A stretch of 64,000 nt of DNA. Origin: Candidatus Krumholzibacteriota bacterium (GTDB lineage Bacteria > Krumholzibacteriota > Krumholzibacteriia > JAJRXK01). Location: assembly GCA_963764625.1 (NCBI GenBank), contig CAVXTH010000005.1, positions 256,001 to 320,000 on the forward strand, in the 5' to 3' direction. The translations under genes and the position numbers were made by a program. Below the pieces are notes generated by a model. That model was not told where the DNA came from and did no database searches. It was given only the letters and a program-made list of their open reading frames with translations. Shown piece after piece: positions 11,114-19,959 of the stretch (position 1 is the stretch's first letter; the number at the start of each line of letters is the position of its first letter).

Positions 11114-11683
11114 TCAGTTTCCTCCCCCTAATTCGGCCCTCAGTTCCCCGAAGGGAAGTCCCGAGCTGTCATTGTCCCTCCAGAGGACCAGGGTCACCAG
11201 ACTCTGGCGCAGAAACTCGTAGTCGGCGATGCCGTCCCAACTTCGACCGGTGGGGGCGCCCGAGGCGTCCACTTCGTTGATGACGTACCGCGCGGTGATG
11301 GTTGTGATGTCACCGCTGTCGGATTCCGAGATGATGCTGTCGGTGAGAGCAGCACTATAGAGAGCGCCCTCGAAGGCACTCTGGATGAAGTTGCTCTCCC
11401 GATCCTTGTTCCAGACCGTGGCGAACACCGAGGGATACAGCGCCATCAGATTCGCCGTGGGCTCGTACACGAAATCGGTGCCGATGACTTTGAGGTATTC
11501 GTTCGCGTCTCCACAATGCAACGCCCCCTCCAGATTGAAGATCACGTTTGGCACCGAGTCGTTGAACTTGAAACTGACGTCGCAGCCGCCTCCGAAGATG
11601 GGCGCCTCCGGGGTGCGCGTATGGAAGAAACACCCCCCCAAGAGCAAGCTGGCGAGCACCGTGATGAAGAGAAGACGCAACAT
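11114..11683 (-). CDS. Hypothetical lipoprotein (NTF2-like)
   Basis: Lipobox LGGC and the pattern PNVIFNL...EYLKVIGTDFVYEP...WNKDRE, similar to 10377..11006. ATG 11683 has AAAGG upstream; alternative start at 11713. Confidence 0.8.
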   Translation of the reverse strand: MLRLLFITVLASLLLGGCFFHTRTPEAPIFGGGCDVSFKFNDSVPNVIFNLEGALHCGDANEYLKVIGTDFVYEPTANLMALYPSVFATVWNKDRESNFIQSAFEGALYSAALTDSIISESDSGDITTITARYVINEVDASGAPTGRSWDGIADYEFLRQSLVTLVLWRDNDSSGLPFGELRAELGGGN

Positions 11684-11693
11684 GCGAGGCCTT

Positions 11694-13850
11694 TCAGAAA
11701 GCCCAGGTAACATAGGTGGACGAGGTGAAATAGCGCCGGTCTCGCGCGATGCGGATGACCCGTGGGGGTCCGTAGGCCCACACGTACCCCAGATCCAGGG
11801 AGAGGGTGAGACGGTCGTTCAGGAACGACTGATTCCCGCTCAGTCGGGTACGAAGATCTCCCAGGAACTCGTCGTTCTTACCCTGCAGGGTGCGAAAAGT
11901 CCGATTGGTTTCGACCGAGGCGGAGTACCCGAACACGATCGGCACCTTGACCGATGCCTTGAGTCTCTGTTCGTCCTGGCGGCGGTTCAAATCGTCGCTG
12001 TATCCGCCCGCCTCCACCTCGCCGAGGAGCAATTTGTTGCCGCCCCGCGTGCGATCGATGGTGTGACTCAGCATGAAGCCGATCGCCCCAGGGAAGCCCA
12101 AGCTGAGATCGGACGTGAGCTGGGTGCGCTTGTAGAACTTGTCCCTCTGCGTCACTTCCGGAACGTAGGAATAGAGGTAGTCCGTGTAGTCGATGCCCAG
12201 CTGGTAGCTCTGGGTGAAACTCACTGCCGAGCTGAGTTGCCACTTGTAGTCCCCAGTGACCTTCCAGGTGTCCTGGTCGCGATTGTTGTTGGCCACCTGC
12301 CTTCCATCCAGAAACACGTTGGCGGTAGTCTTGTACGACCCCACCACGGAGACGTCGATCTTGGTGAACGCTTTCGAACTGAGCTTGGCTTCCAGCCGCT
12401 TGGAAAGGACGTCGGTGTCCAGGGTTCCCGTCTCCAACTTGTAGTTGTACACCTGTTGGGTCAGATCCTCTCCGTAGAGAACCCTGAGATCGGTGGCGCC
12501 CAGTAGATGCTGGTCGAGGGTGAAGGCAATGTTGTTCGAGTTGCTGAAGTGCTTTCCGCGCAGCTCTTTCGTATCCCGAGCGCGCCGATCGTCCCAGCGC
12601 TGGACGAGCCCGAGACTCACTTTGAGGCTTCCCGCCTCCGCGTAGTGAAAGTAGACGTCGCCCGAGAAATTCTGATTCTGTTCGGGAATGAACCCCTGCT
12701 CGCTCAGCTTGTAGCGAGTCTCCTTGCTCTCGTAGCCGAAGCTTAGCCTCGTACTCACGGAGCGGAATACCGGCGTTTGCGCCGTGAGATTGACGCTTGT
12801 CAGGTTCCGGTTCTCGGTTTCGTTTCCCACGATCTTCAGGCGCGTGGAGGGGTCGAAGAGCGAGACCCCGCGGAAGTCCTTCAGGTAGTCGAGCCGTTCT
12901 TCGTCGAAGACCTGGCGGCTGACCTGGGCGGAGAAACGACGGCTGGTGCCCTGGGACCAATTCATGTTTACCCCCAGCGTGTCGCTCACGCTGGTCTTGG
13001 TGTTGGTCAGGGCGTCACTTCCGTCGGTCGCGGCCGAGAGGGTCTGGGGTCCGGCGGACACGTCGAACCCGGCATTCACCGCGAGACCGAGATCCCCCAG
13101 CTTGCGGCCAGCGCCGAGGCTGACGGTGCCCTTGTTCAGAGTCGAGTTCCCGGCTCCCGAGCGCGAACCCGAACTGATCTTGTTGTCGGCGATGTTGCCT
13201 CGAATGGACCACTTGCTGTCGATCCCCGTGTCGCCGAGGTCCACGGCGCCGTTCAGGATGGATGACAGATTGGTGTTCTCCGAGGTGCTGTTGGCGAATC
13301 CCACGCGCTCCGATTCGTTGGTCAGGCGGCTGAAGTCGAGGCTAAAACTCCCCCAATCGCTCATGGGCCGTTTCCAGCTGCTCCTGAGGGTGCGACCGTT
13401 TTTCTTCTGCTGGGTGGCGGGTTCCTCGGAATGTTCTCGATGATAACTGCTGGTGGTCGAGAACCCACCCGCGACCATGAGTGGCAGATTGATGTCGAAG
13501 TAGGGACCGAAGCTCGATTGGCTGGAGTTGAATCCCCCCTTGACCGAGGGACGCTTCGCTGGCTCCTGCCCCGCAAAGGCAAGCCAAGACATTCCGCCCA
13601 CTGCCTGCAGCTTTGCGCGTAGGTTCTGGACCGTGAGGGTATCCGCCGCGGCGGTCGCGGTGGCGGCCGATGTGTCGCTGGCTGCTTGACTGAAACTGGA
13701 CAAGTTTCCTGCCTCCGTCTGCGCGCTGTCGGCGGCTGCGTCGCTCTGGGCGAGAACCTTCCCGGCGCTCGTCAACAAGAGCCCGAACACGAGAGCCGCC
13801 TCTACGACGCCACGAGCTGTGGTCCTCCACCCCCTGCGGCTCCTGGTCAT
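11694..13850 (-). CDS. Large (~718 aa) outer-membrane beta-barrel protein of unknown function
   Basis: Signal peptide, many alternating amphipathic beta-strands and a C-terminal STYVTWAF beta-signal. The start overlaps the rsmA stop (ATGA). Confidence 0.8.
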   Translation of the reverse strand: MTRSRRGWRTTARGVVEAALVFGLLLTSAGKVLAQSDAAADSAQTEAGNLSSFSQAASDTSAATATAAADTLTVQNLRAKLQAVGGMSWLAFAGQEPAKRPSVKGGFNSSQSSFGPYFDINLPLMVAGGFSTTSSYHREHSEEPATQQKKNGRTLRSSWKRPMSDWGSFSLDFSRLTNESERVGFANSTSENTNLSSILNGAVDLGDTGIDSKWSIRGNIADNKISSGSRSGAGNSTLNKGTVSLGAGRKLGDLGLAVNAGFDVSAGPQTLSAATDGSDALTNTKTSVSDTLGVNMNWSQGTSRRFSAQVSRQVFDEERLDYLKDFRGVSLFDPSTRLKIVGNETENRNLTSVNLTAQTPVFRSVSTRLSFGYESKETRYKLSEQGFIPEQNQNFSGDVYFHYAEAGSLKVSLGLVQRWDDRRARDTKELRGKHFSNSNNIAFTLDQHLLGATDLRVLYGEDLTQQVYNYKLETGTLDTDVLSKRLEAKLSSKAFTKIDVSVVGSYKTTANVFLDGRQVANNNRDQDTWKVTGDYKWQLSSAVSFTQSYQLGIDYTDYLYSYVPEVTQRDKFYKRTQLTSDLSLGFPGAIGFMLSHTIDRTRGGNKLLLGEVEAGGYSDDLNRRQDEQRLKASVKVPIVFGYSASVETNRTFRTLQGKNDEFLGDLRTRLSGNQSFLNDRLTLSLDLGYVWAYGPPRVIRIARDRRYFTSSTYVTWAF

Positions 13851-14689
13851 GATGGGTTCCGCAGCTCTTTTAAGTAGAGGTCCAGGGCCCGAAAATCCGA
13901 ATCGCTCAGATCCTCCGGACGAGATCGGGGGTCGATTCCGATCGTCTCCTTGATGCGGTCGAGCTCGTCGCTGTCGACGTCCCAATTCCGCTTCAACAAT
14001 CCCCCAACTTGCTTGCGCCGTTCGCGGAACAGCGCCTTGACCAGAGCCGTCCCGCTCTCTCCCAACTCCACGCTGTTCTTCCGTGGCCGAAGCTCCACCA
14101 CCGCCGAATACACTTTGGGCGGCGGAAGGAACGAGCCCGGACGCACCCGGAAGACTCTTCGCGCATGACACCGAGCACCCAAGAGCACCGTGAGCACGCC
14201 GTAATCCCTTCCGCCTGGCCGCGCGCAGAGACGGGCGGCTACTTCGGCCTGCATCATGAGAATCGCGCCTCTGCACGCGGGCCGAATGATCGCCTCACGC
14301 AGGGCGAAGAGCACGGGGCTCGTCACCTGGTAGGGTAGATTCCCCGCGAAACACATGGGCTCCTGGCCCACCATGTCGGCCAGATTCTCCCGGGCGATGT
14401 CCGCCCGGCGTACCGTCAGGCCGCTGGGCACGTACTCGGTTTCGAGCAGCTCGATCATCCGATCATCGAGTTCGAGGGCTTCCACTCTCAGACCTGCGTT
14501 CAGCAGGGCGCCGCTCAGGGCGCCCGCGCCGGCTCCCAATTCGACCACGCGCTCAGCGCCCAAAAGCTGAACGGAATCCACGATCCGTGCCAGAACCCGC
14601 TGATCGACCAGGAAATGCTGGCCCAGACGCTTGCTCAGGCGCAAACCGTACTTCCGCAGAAGCGCTGCTTGGGTTTCATGCGGAGTCAT
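13847..14689 (-). CDS. rsmA: 16S rRNA m6,2A dimethyltransferase KsgA/RsmA
   Basis: KRLGQHFL, VVELGAGAG, GNLPYQVTS and SFLPPPKVYS motifs. Start is ATG 14689. Confidence 0.97.
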   Translation of the reverse strand: MTPHETQAALLRKYGLRLSKRLGQHFLVDQRVLARIVDSVQLLGAERVVELGAGAGALSGALLNAGLRVEALELDDRMIELLETEYVPSGLTVRRADIARENLADMVGQEPMCFAGNLPYQVTSPVLFALREAIIRPACRGAILMMQAEVAARLCARPGGRDYGVLTVLLGARCHARRVFRVRPGSFLPPPKVYSAVVELRPRKNSVELGESGTALVKALFRERRKQVGGLLKRNWDVDSDELDRIKETIGIDPRSRPEDLSDSDFRALDLYLKELRNPS

Positions 14690-14893
14690 ACACCAGAACG
14701 CGAGAGCGCCGTCACGAAGCCGGCCTTGAACCACTGAGGACGAGAATCCCCTCGATGTCCGAGTTCCACGAACTCGGGGACACGCCCGAAACGAGCGCGA
14801 ACCGTAGCACAGATGCGCTGGCAAGACCTCCGGAGAGGAGAGGCGAGAGGATGAGGAGGACCGGTGGAATCCCGATCCTTGTTTGATAGCAAG

Positions 14894-14923
14894 AGGATAG
14901 CACCCCGAGCCTTGGCCTGTCAA
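14894..14923 (-). promoter_or_regulatory. Sigma70 promoter upstream of the rsmA leader
   Basis: TTGACA (14923-14918), 18-nt spacer, TATCCT with a TG extended -10. Confidence 0.7.
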
Positions 14924-15753
14924 CGCGCCTGCTTCGTGGGTACTGCGCAGCGCGAGGGCCGCAGGGCGTGGAAATAGGGCGAGAATTCGACCGCGAACAG
15001 GGCAGCGAACGAGGTGGCCATGCACTCTGCGAGTTCCTCGATGCCGATTCCCCGCGCGCTGGCGAGATGCTCCGCGGTCAGACGCAAATAGGCCGGTTCG
15101 TTGCGGCGCCCGCGGAAGAGCTGCGGCGGGAGCCAGGGAGCGTCTGTCTCCAGCAGCAGACTCTGCAAGGGAAGTCCCTCGATCGCCACGGGCAGCTTGG
15201 ATTTGGGGTAGGTGAGGGGACCGCCCACCCCCAAGAGGAATCCCTCTTCGTGCGCCCACCGGGCAAATTCTGCGTCGCCCGCGAAAGCGTGGAAGACACC
15301 GCGTCTCTCAGGAAGGCCCTCTTCGAGCAGGAGGGCTCGCGCCCTGGCATAGGCGTCGCGCACGTGGAAGATCATGGGCAGCTCGTGTCGCTTGGCCAGG
15401 GCGATCTGGGCGCGAAAGGCTTCTTCCTGCAGCGGCCGCGGTGAAAGGTCACGATAGAAATCGAGCCCGCATTCCCCCACGGCGACGATGCGCCCTGAAC
15501 TCGCCAACTCCTCGAGGAGAGCTTCGGTCGTTGCGTTCCAATCTCTCGCGTCGTGCGGATGAATGCCGGCGGCGACCCACTCGTCGTCTCCGGCTGCCGC
15601 CTGCTCGAGAGCCGCATTTATGGAAGGTGCGTCGTAGCCGACGTGGAGATACGCGCTGACCCCGGCCGCCCGCGCTCGCTCGCGCACCTGCGCCCGGTCG
15701 GAATCGAACTCGTCCCGGCCCAGATGAAGATGACTGTCGATGAGCCCCGCCAC
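14920..15753 (-). CDS. tatD: TatD family nuclease
   Basis: IDSHLHL, GIHPH, AVGECGLD, FHVRDA, LLETDAPWL and NEP motifs. Confidence 0.96.
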   Translation of the reverse strand: MAGLIDSHLHLGRDEFDSDRAQVRERARAAGVSAYLHVGYDAPSINAALEQAAAGDDEWVAAGIHPHDARDWNATTEALLEELASSGRIVAVGECGLDFYRDLSPRPLQEEAFRAQIALAKRHELPMIFHVRDAYARARALLLEEGLPERRGVFHAFAGDAEFARWAHEEGFLLGVGGPLTYPKSKLPVAIEGLPLQSLLLETDAPWLPPQLFRGRRNEPAYLRLTAEHLASARGIGIEELAECMATSFAALFAVEFSPYFHALRPSRCAVPTKQAR

Positions 15754-15756
15754 GGT

Positions 15757-16890
15757 CTACGCGCTCCCCTTGGCGCTCTCAGAACCCAGAGCTTCCATGA
15801 ACGCGTGCGCGAAAACCAGTCCGACGTTCACGTTGACCGCGATGTCGTCGCGCGCCTTGAACAGAATTCGCGCGGCGCGTCCCGGATCCACGTCGAGTTC
15901 GCAGTGAACCCAGGCGGAAAGCCTTTGCATGAGCGCCTCGTTTTCCTGAAAACCCTCGCGCAGGCGAACCAGAGAGAGAAGATCGGCAACGAGAAAATCG
16001 ATGGTGCGCAGCGCGACGTCCCGCGAAGCGCTCAGGCTGGCATCGGTGAGCTTTGACCCCTTGCCTCCTTGCGGATCCTGACCCCGGGAGACTCTCTCCG
16101 CCCCTGCCAGAAGTTCGGCGCGTTCGGCCGCGAGGAGTCGTTCGAGCAGCGTTCTTGCCCACGAGGCCACCATGAGCGACTGGGGATCAATGAGATCCAG
16201 AGCACGTCGGGCGTTTCCACCGCTGACCGCCGCGATCTGCTCCGCCGCGTCCGCGTCGAGTCCGTGTCGTTGCGTCAGCCGCGTTCTGATTTCCTCCTCG
16301 GCGAAAGCGGGAACCCGTACCCGCGCGCAGCGGCTGCGCACCGTGGCCGGCAAGAGATGAGACTGATGGGAACAGAGCAGGAGCACGGCGGTGGGCGGCG
16401 GCTCCTCGAGCGTCTTGAGCAGGGCGTTGGCCGCGGCGCGGTTCATGCGGTGAGCATCCGCGAGGATCACGACTTTGTGAGGAGCTTCGAACGGAACCGC
16501 CTCGGCGAAGCGGCGCACGCGACGAATCGTACAGAAGCCGGGGTTGTCGACCTCGCCAATGGCGATGATGGCCGTGCTCGCCTGTCGAATGCGCGCCAAA
16601 GGTTCTTCCGCCTTGGCGTCGAGAATCTCCCGGTAAGTCTCCACTTTCAGATTGGCCTGCGCGGGAAACACGAAGAGAAGATCGGGATGCGACAAGCGCG
16701 CCACGCGATTGCGAGGGGCGTACTCATCTCTCTCCAGGAGAATCTCGGCCAGCGCCAGTGCGATCTCCTGCTTGCCCGAGCCCTCGGGACCCTCCAGAAG
16801 AACGCTGTTCGGCAGCTCACCGCTTTCGGCGGCTCGAGCGAGGCTCGCAAGTAGGGGACTGCGATCGAGAGGATTCCGGGCGCGGGTCAT
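15757..16890 (-). CDS. holB: DNA polymerase III subunit delta'
   Basis: GPEGSGK, HPDL, ANALLKTLEEPP and TVRSRC motifs. Confidence 0.93.
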   Translation of the reverse strand: MTRARNPLDRSPLLASLARAAESGELPNSVLLEGPEGSGKQEIALALAEILLERDEYAPRNRVARLSHPDLLFVFPAQANLKVETYREILDAKAEEPLARIRQASTAIIAIGEVDNPGFCTIRRVRRFAEAVPFEAPHKVVILADAHRMNRAAANALLKTLEEPPPTAVLLLCSHQSHLLPATVRSRCARVRVPAFAEEEIRTRLTQRHGLDADAAEQIAAVSGGNARRALDLIDPQSLMVASWARTLLERLLAAERAELLAGAERVSRGQDPQGGKGSKLTDASLSASRDVALRTIDFLVADLLSLVRLREGFQENEALMQRLSAWVHCELDVDPGRAARILFKARDDIAVNVNVGLVFAHAFMEALGSESAKGSA

Positions 16891-16947
16891 GGCATCCTCT
16901 CAGGAAGAGGCGAGTTCGCGCAATGTACCGGACGAAGGAAGGGTCGG

Positions 16948-18150
16948 TCAGCGGCGGAACCAAGACCTGGGATCGACGGGGGTCTTCCCGTGCCGAATCT
17001 CGAAATAGAGCTGGCTACCATCGAGCGATCCCGTATCTCCCACTTCCGCGATCACCTCGCCGGATTGGACGCTGGCCGAAACCGCTGGGTAGATCTGCGA
17101 GCAATGAGCGTAGAGGGTGTACCAACTGTCGCCGTGGTTGACGATAATGCACTTACCATAGCCGGGCAACCAGTTCACGTAGTCCACCACTCCGGGCGCC
17201 ACGACGTGGATGGGGGCGCCCATGGTCGCCGCGATGTTGATTCCCCGGTTCACCACGACCGTTTTGAATCGCGGGTGAACGGAGCGACCGAAACCACGCG
17301 TGATGGTGCCCGCCACCGGCATGATGAGCTTCCCCTGCAGGAGCGGAAAGTTAGCGGAAACTACGGGTCCGCCGGCCCGGCCCTGCTTGTCCAGCTGCGC
17401 CATGAGGTCTTCGAGTTGTGAGGCCGAGCCCTCCAATTCCTCCACGGACGATTCCCAGTGCTTGCGCTCCTTCTTGATCTGATGGAGCTCTTTTTGTCTC
17501 TCTTCTCTCAGACTCGTCACTCGGGCCCTTTGCTGTTCAACCTGTCCGCGGTTCTGCTCGATCTGGGCCAGGTGCCCGGTCAGTTCTTGCTCCTGGTCCT
17601 TCAGGGCGACGCGATCCCGCTCCATGGTATCGATGAAATGGCGTTCCGCTCGCGCGATCGAGGTCATGGCGCGCATCTTTCGCCCCAAGTGGTTCAGCTC
17701 TCCGCTCGTTGCGAGCACCGCGAAAGTATTCTGGGTGCGGTACATGTACATGCGGCGCAGTTGCGTGGCCAGACGACTGCGGCGGAGCGTCATGTTCGAG
17801 TCGCGTTGCGCGATCTCGCGCTCCATGGCGTACACCTCACTCGCGAGATCGGCCTGGCGCGCAGTGAGTCCTTCGAGGAGTTCCTTCGTGCTGGCCGCCT
17901 CCTGCTCCAGCGCCTGCATGCGTTTCAGCTGTTGGCCTTCGTCCTGCGCCAACGAGTTGGCCTTGTTCCGCGAGCTCTTGATCTGGGCCCGCAGCCGTTC
18001 CAGCTCCTGCTGTTGATCGGTCAGGTTCGAATCGTTCTTGGTCTGGGCAAAGCCTGCCGCGGCGACCCCGAGCAGAACGACCAACGCCAGAGGTAGAAAG
18101 CCGAGAACGAATCGTCCCGTGCTTCGATGGTAAAGAGGAGTGAGACGCAT
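16948..18150 (-). CDS. envC: Murein hydrolase activator EnvC (coiled coil plus M23 domain)
   Basis: Signal/TM segment, long coiled coil, and an M23 domain with degenerate Zn ligands (NRGINI, LYFEIR). Follows ftsEX. Confidence 0.9.
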   Translation of the reverse strand: MRLTPLYHRSTGRFVLGFLPLALVVLLGVAAAGFAQTKNDSNLTDQQQELERLRAQIKSSRNKANSLAQDEGQQLKRMQALEQEAASTKELLEGLTARQADLASEVYAMEREIAQRDSNMTLRRSRLATQLRRMYMYRTQNTFAVLATSGELNHLGRKMRAMTSIARAERHFIDTMERDRVALKDQEQELTGHLAQIEQNRGQVEQQRARVTSLREERQKELHQIKKERKHWESSVEELEGSASQLEDLMAQLDKQGRAGGPVVSANFPLLQGKLIMPVAGTITRGFGRSVHPRFKTVVVNRGINIAATMGAPIHVVAPGVVDYVNWLPGYGKCIIVNHGDSWYTLYAHCSQIYPAVSASVQSGEVIAEVGDTGSLDGSQLYFEIRHGKTPVDPRSWFRR

Positions 18151-18155
18151 GGTGA

Positions 18156-19031
18156 TCACAGTCGAAGATGACGCCGCAGCGCAGCCCCGCTACCCACGAC
18201 ACCCAGGAGGGTACTGAGAAAAATGAACCCCACGATTTGCCCACTCGCGAAGAAATAGACGCCACTGATCTCGCGTTCGAGCAGTCGATGGGCGATCAGG
18301 AGCAGAATCATCGCCAGCGCCCCGGCGGCGGCGCCCTGCAGCGCCCCACCGAGCAAGAACGGGGTTCGAATGAACCAGTTCGTCGCGCCAACCTGTTTCA
18401 TGATTTCGATGCTGCGCCCGCGCTCCTCCACCGTAAGCCGCACCGTGTTGGAGATGACGAAGATGGCCGAGACCAGAACCAACAGTCCCACGATCAGATC
18501 GACGACCTTGAAGACGCGGGTGAGATGATCGAGTCGGTGGACGGTGTCCACCTGAGAGACGACTTCATCCACCGAGGGAAACTGCCCCAGCACTCGGATG
18601 AGATCGTCCATCTTCGTGGCGTCTCGGGTGATGTTCTCGTCGAACTTCAGACGGAACGAATCCGGAAGCGGATTCTCGGCGAAATCGTCGAGCAAAGAGG
18701 CGTCATCCCCCAGATCGGCCCGGAATTGCGCAAGCGCCTTCTCCTTGCTCACGAAGTAGACCGATTTCACTCCGTACACGGCCAGCAACTCGTGCTGCAG
18801 AGTTTGTTTCTCTTTGTCCTGAATCCCGGGCTTGAGAAAGACCTCGGCGTCGATATCACCGCGTACCGACTGCAGAACCCCGTCGAGATTGATGGTGATG
18901 AGACTGAAGAGAGCGAGCATGAGCAGTGCGGAACCCATGATGAGCACCGCTACCGTGCCGCTGACCCGGCGTCGGGCCAGGCCGAGCAGGGCCTCGCGCA
19001 CGAAGTGTTTGAGCTGCGTCGTGCCGTACAT
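18156..19031 (-). CDS. ftsX: Cell division permease FtsX
   Basis: Four TM segments; NPLPDS and ISNTVRL...IEIMKQVGATNWFIRTPF motifs. Confidence 0.96.
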   Translation of the reverse strand: MYGTTQLKHFVREALLGLARRRVSGTVAVLIMGSALLMLALFSLITINLDGVLQSVRGDIDAEVFLKPGIQDKEKQTLQHELLAVYGVKSVYFVSKEKALAQFRADLGDDASLLDDFAENPLPDSFRLKFDENITRDATKMDDLIRVLGQFPSVDEVVSQVDTVHRLDHLTRVFKVVDLIVGLLVLVSAIFVISNTVRLTVEERGRSIEIMKQVGATNWFIRTPFLLGGALQGAAAGALAMILLLIAHRLLEREISGVYFFASGQIVGFIFLSTLLGVVGSGAALRRHLRL

Positions 19032-19897
19032 CAGCCCTTCTCCTCGCGGTCGACCTTGATGAGATTGCCCTCCCAGGTTTGGGGGGTGCGGGGTTGCGCG
19101 CCTTCTTTCAGCGGCTGGTAGGCCTTGTTCGCCACTGCCCGCTCCTCGCGCGAAACCTGGGGCCGATAGCGCTCGACATCAGCCACCACACGCCCATCTT
19201 CCAACTTCACGATGCGCTCACCGTACTGACGAACCATGATGTGGTCGTGGGTACACATGACGACCGCGGTTCCGGCCGAGTTGATGCGAAAGAGCAAGTC
19301 GATCACTTCCTGGCTGACCTCGGGGTCGAGATTTCCCGTGGGTTCGTCGGCCAAGAGGATTCGGGGGCTGTTTACGATGGCGCGCGCGATCGCCACCCGC
19401 TGGCGCTCTCCCCCACTGAGAGTGCGTACGTCTTGATTTCGCTTGTGATGGAGACCCACCCAATTGAGCACCCGGGAGACGTTTCGCTTGATCTCCGCGC
19501 TGTTGACTCCGACGACCATCTGGGCGAAGGCGATGTTGTCGAAGACACTCCGGTCGTCGAGCAGACGGAAGTCCTGGAATACGACTCCGATCTCGCGGCG
19601 TAGGCTGGGGATGCGTGCACGCTTCATGCGGCTGGATACGAACGACCCCACCACGACGCGCCCCTCGGTGGGAAACTCATCCATCGTGAGCAGCCTCAGT
19701 AGACTGCTCTTCCCCGCGCCCGACGGGCCGACCAGAAAGAGGAATTCGCCGTTCGCGACCTGGAGATTTACGTCGCGAAGCGCATAGTGCTCTCCGTAGC
19801 GGAGATCCGCGTGATAAATGGAGATGATGACCCGCGGATCCTGGGCGATCAGAGCGGGATCGATGTCCTCTCGCGGATGTTCGTGATTGGTATTCAT
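19031..19897 (-). CDS. ftsE: Cell division ATP-binding protein FtsE
   Basis: GPSGAGKS, IGVVFQDFRLL, LSGGERQR and LADEPTGNLD motifs. Confidence 0.96.
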   Translation of the reverse strand: MNTNHEHPREDIDPALIAQDPRVIISIYHADLRYGEHYALRDVNLQVANGEFLFLVGPSGAGKSSLLRLLTMDEFPTEGRVVVGSFVSSRMKRARIPSLRREIGVVFQDFRLLDDRSVFDNIAFAQMVVGVNSAEIKRNVSRVLNWVGLHHKRNQDVRTLSGGERQRVAIARAIVNSPRILLADEPTGNLDPEVSQEVIDLLFRINSAGTAVVMCTHDHIMVRQYGERIVKLEDGRVVADVERYRPQVSREERAVANKAYQPLKEGAQPRTPQTWEGNLIKVDREEKG

Positions 19898-19913
19898 GAG
19901 GTTTTACCGGTAC

Positions 19914-19933
19914 CAAGGTGACATGTCACCTTG
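19914..19933. promoter_or_regulatory. Perfect 20-bp palindrome directly upstream of ftsE (putative operator or hairpin)
   Basis: CAAGGTGACA|TGTCACCTTG. Confidence 0.5.
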
Positions 19934-19959
19934 CACCATTGCAACAAGAAGGCCAGGTA

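Noticed and set aside
14704-14810. Possible tRNA or hammerhead in the rsmA leader (AGUGGUUCAAGG; CUGAGGA...CGAAAC on the plus strand)
   Set aside because: No canonical acceptor, T-arm or anticodon spacing, and the hammerhead stems do not pair.
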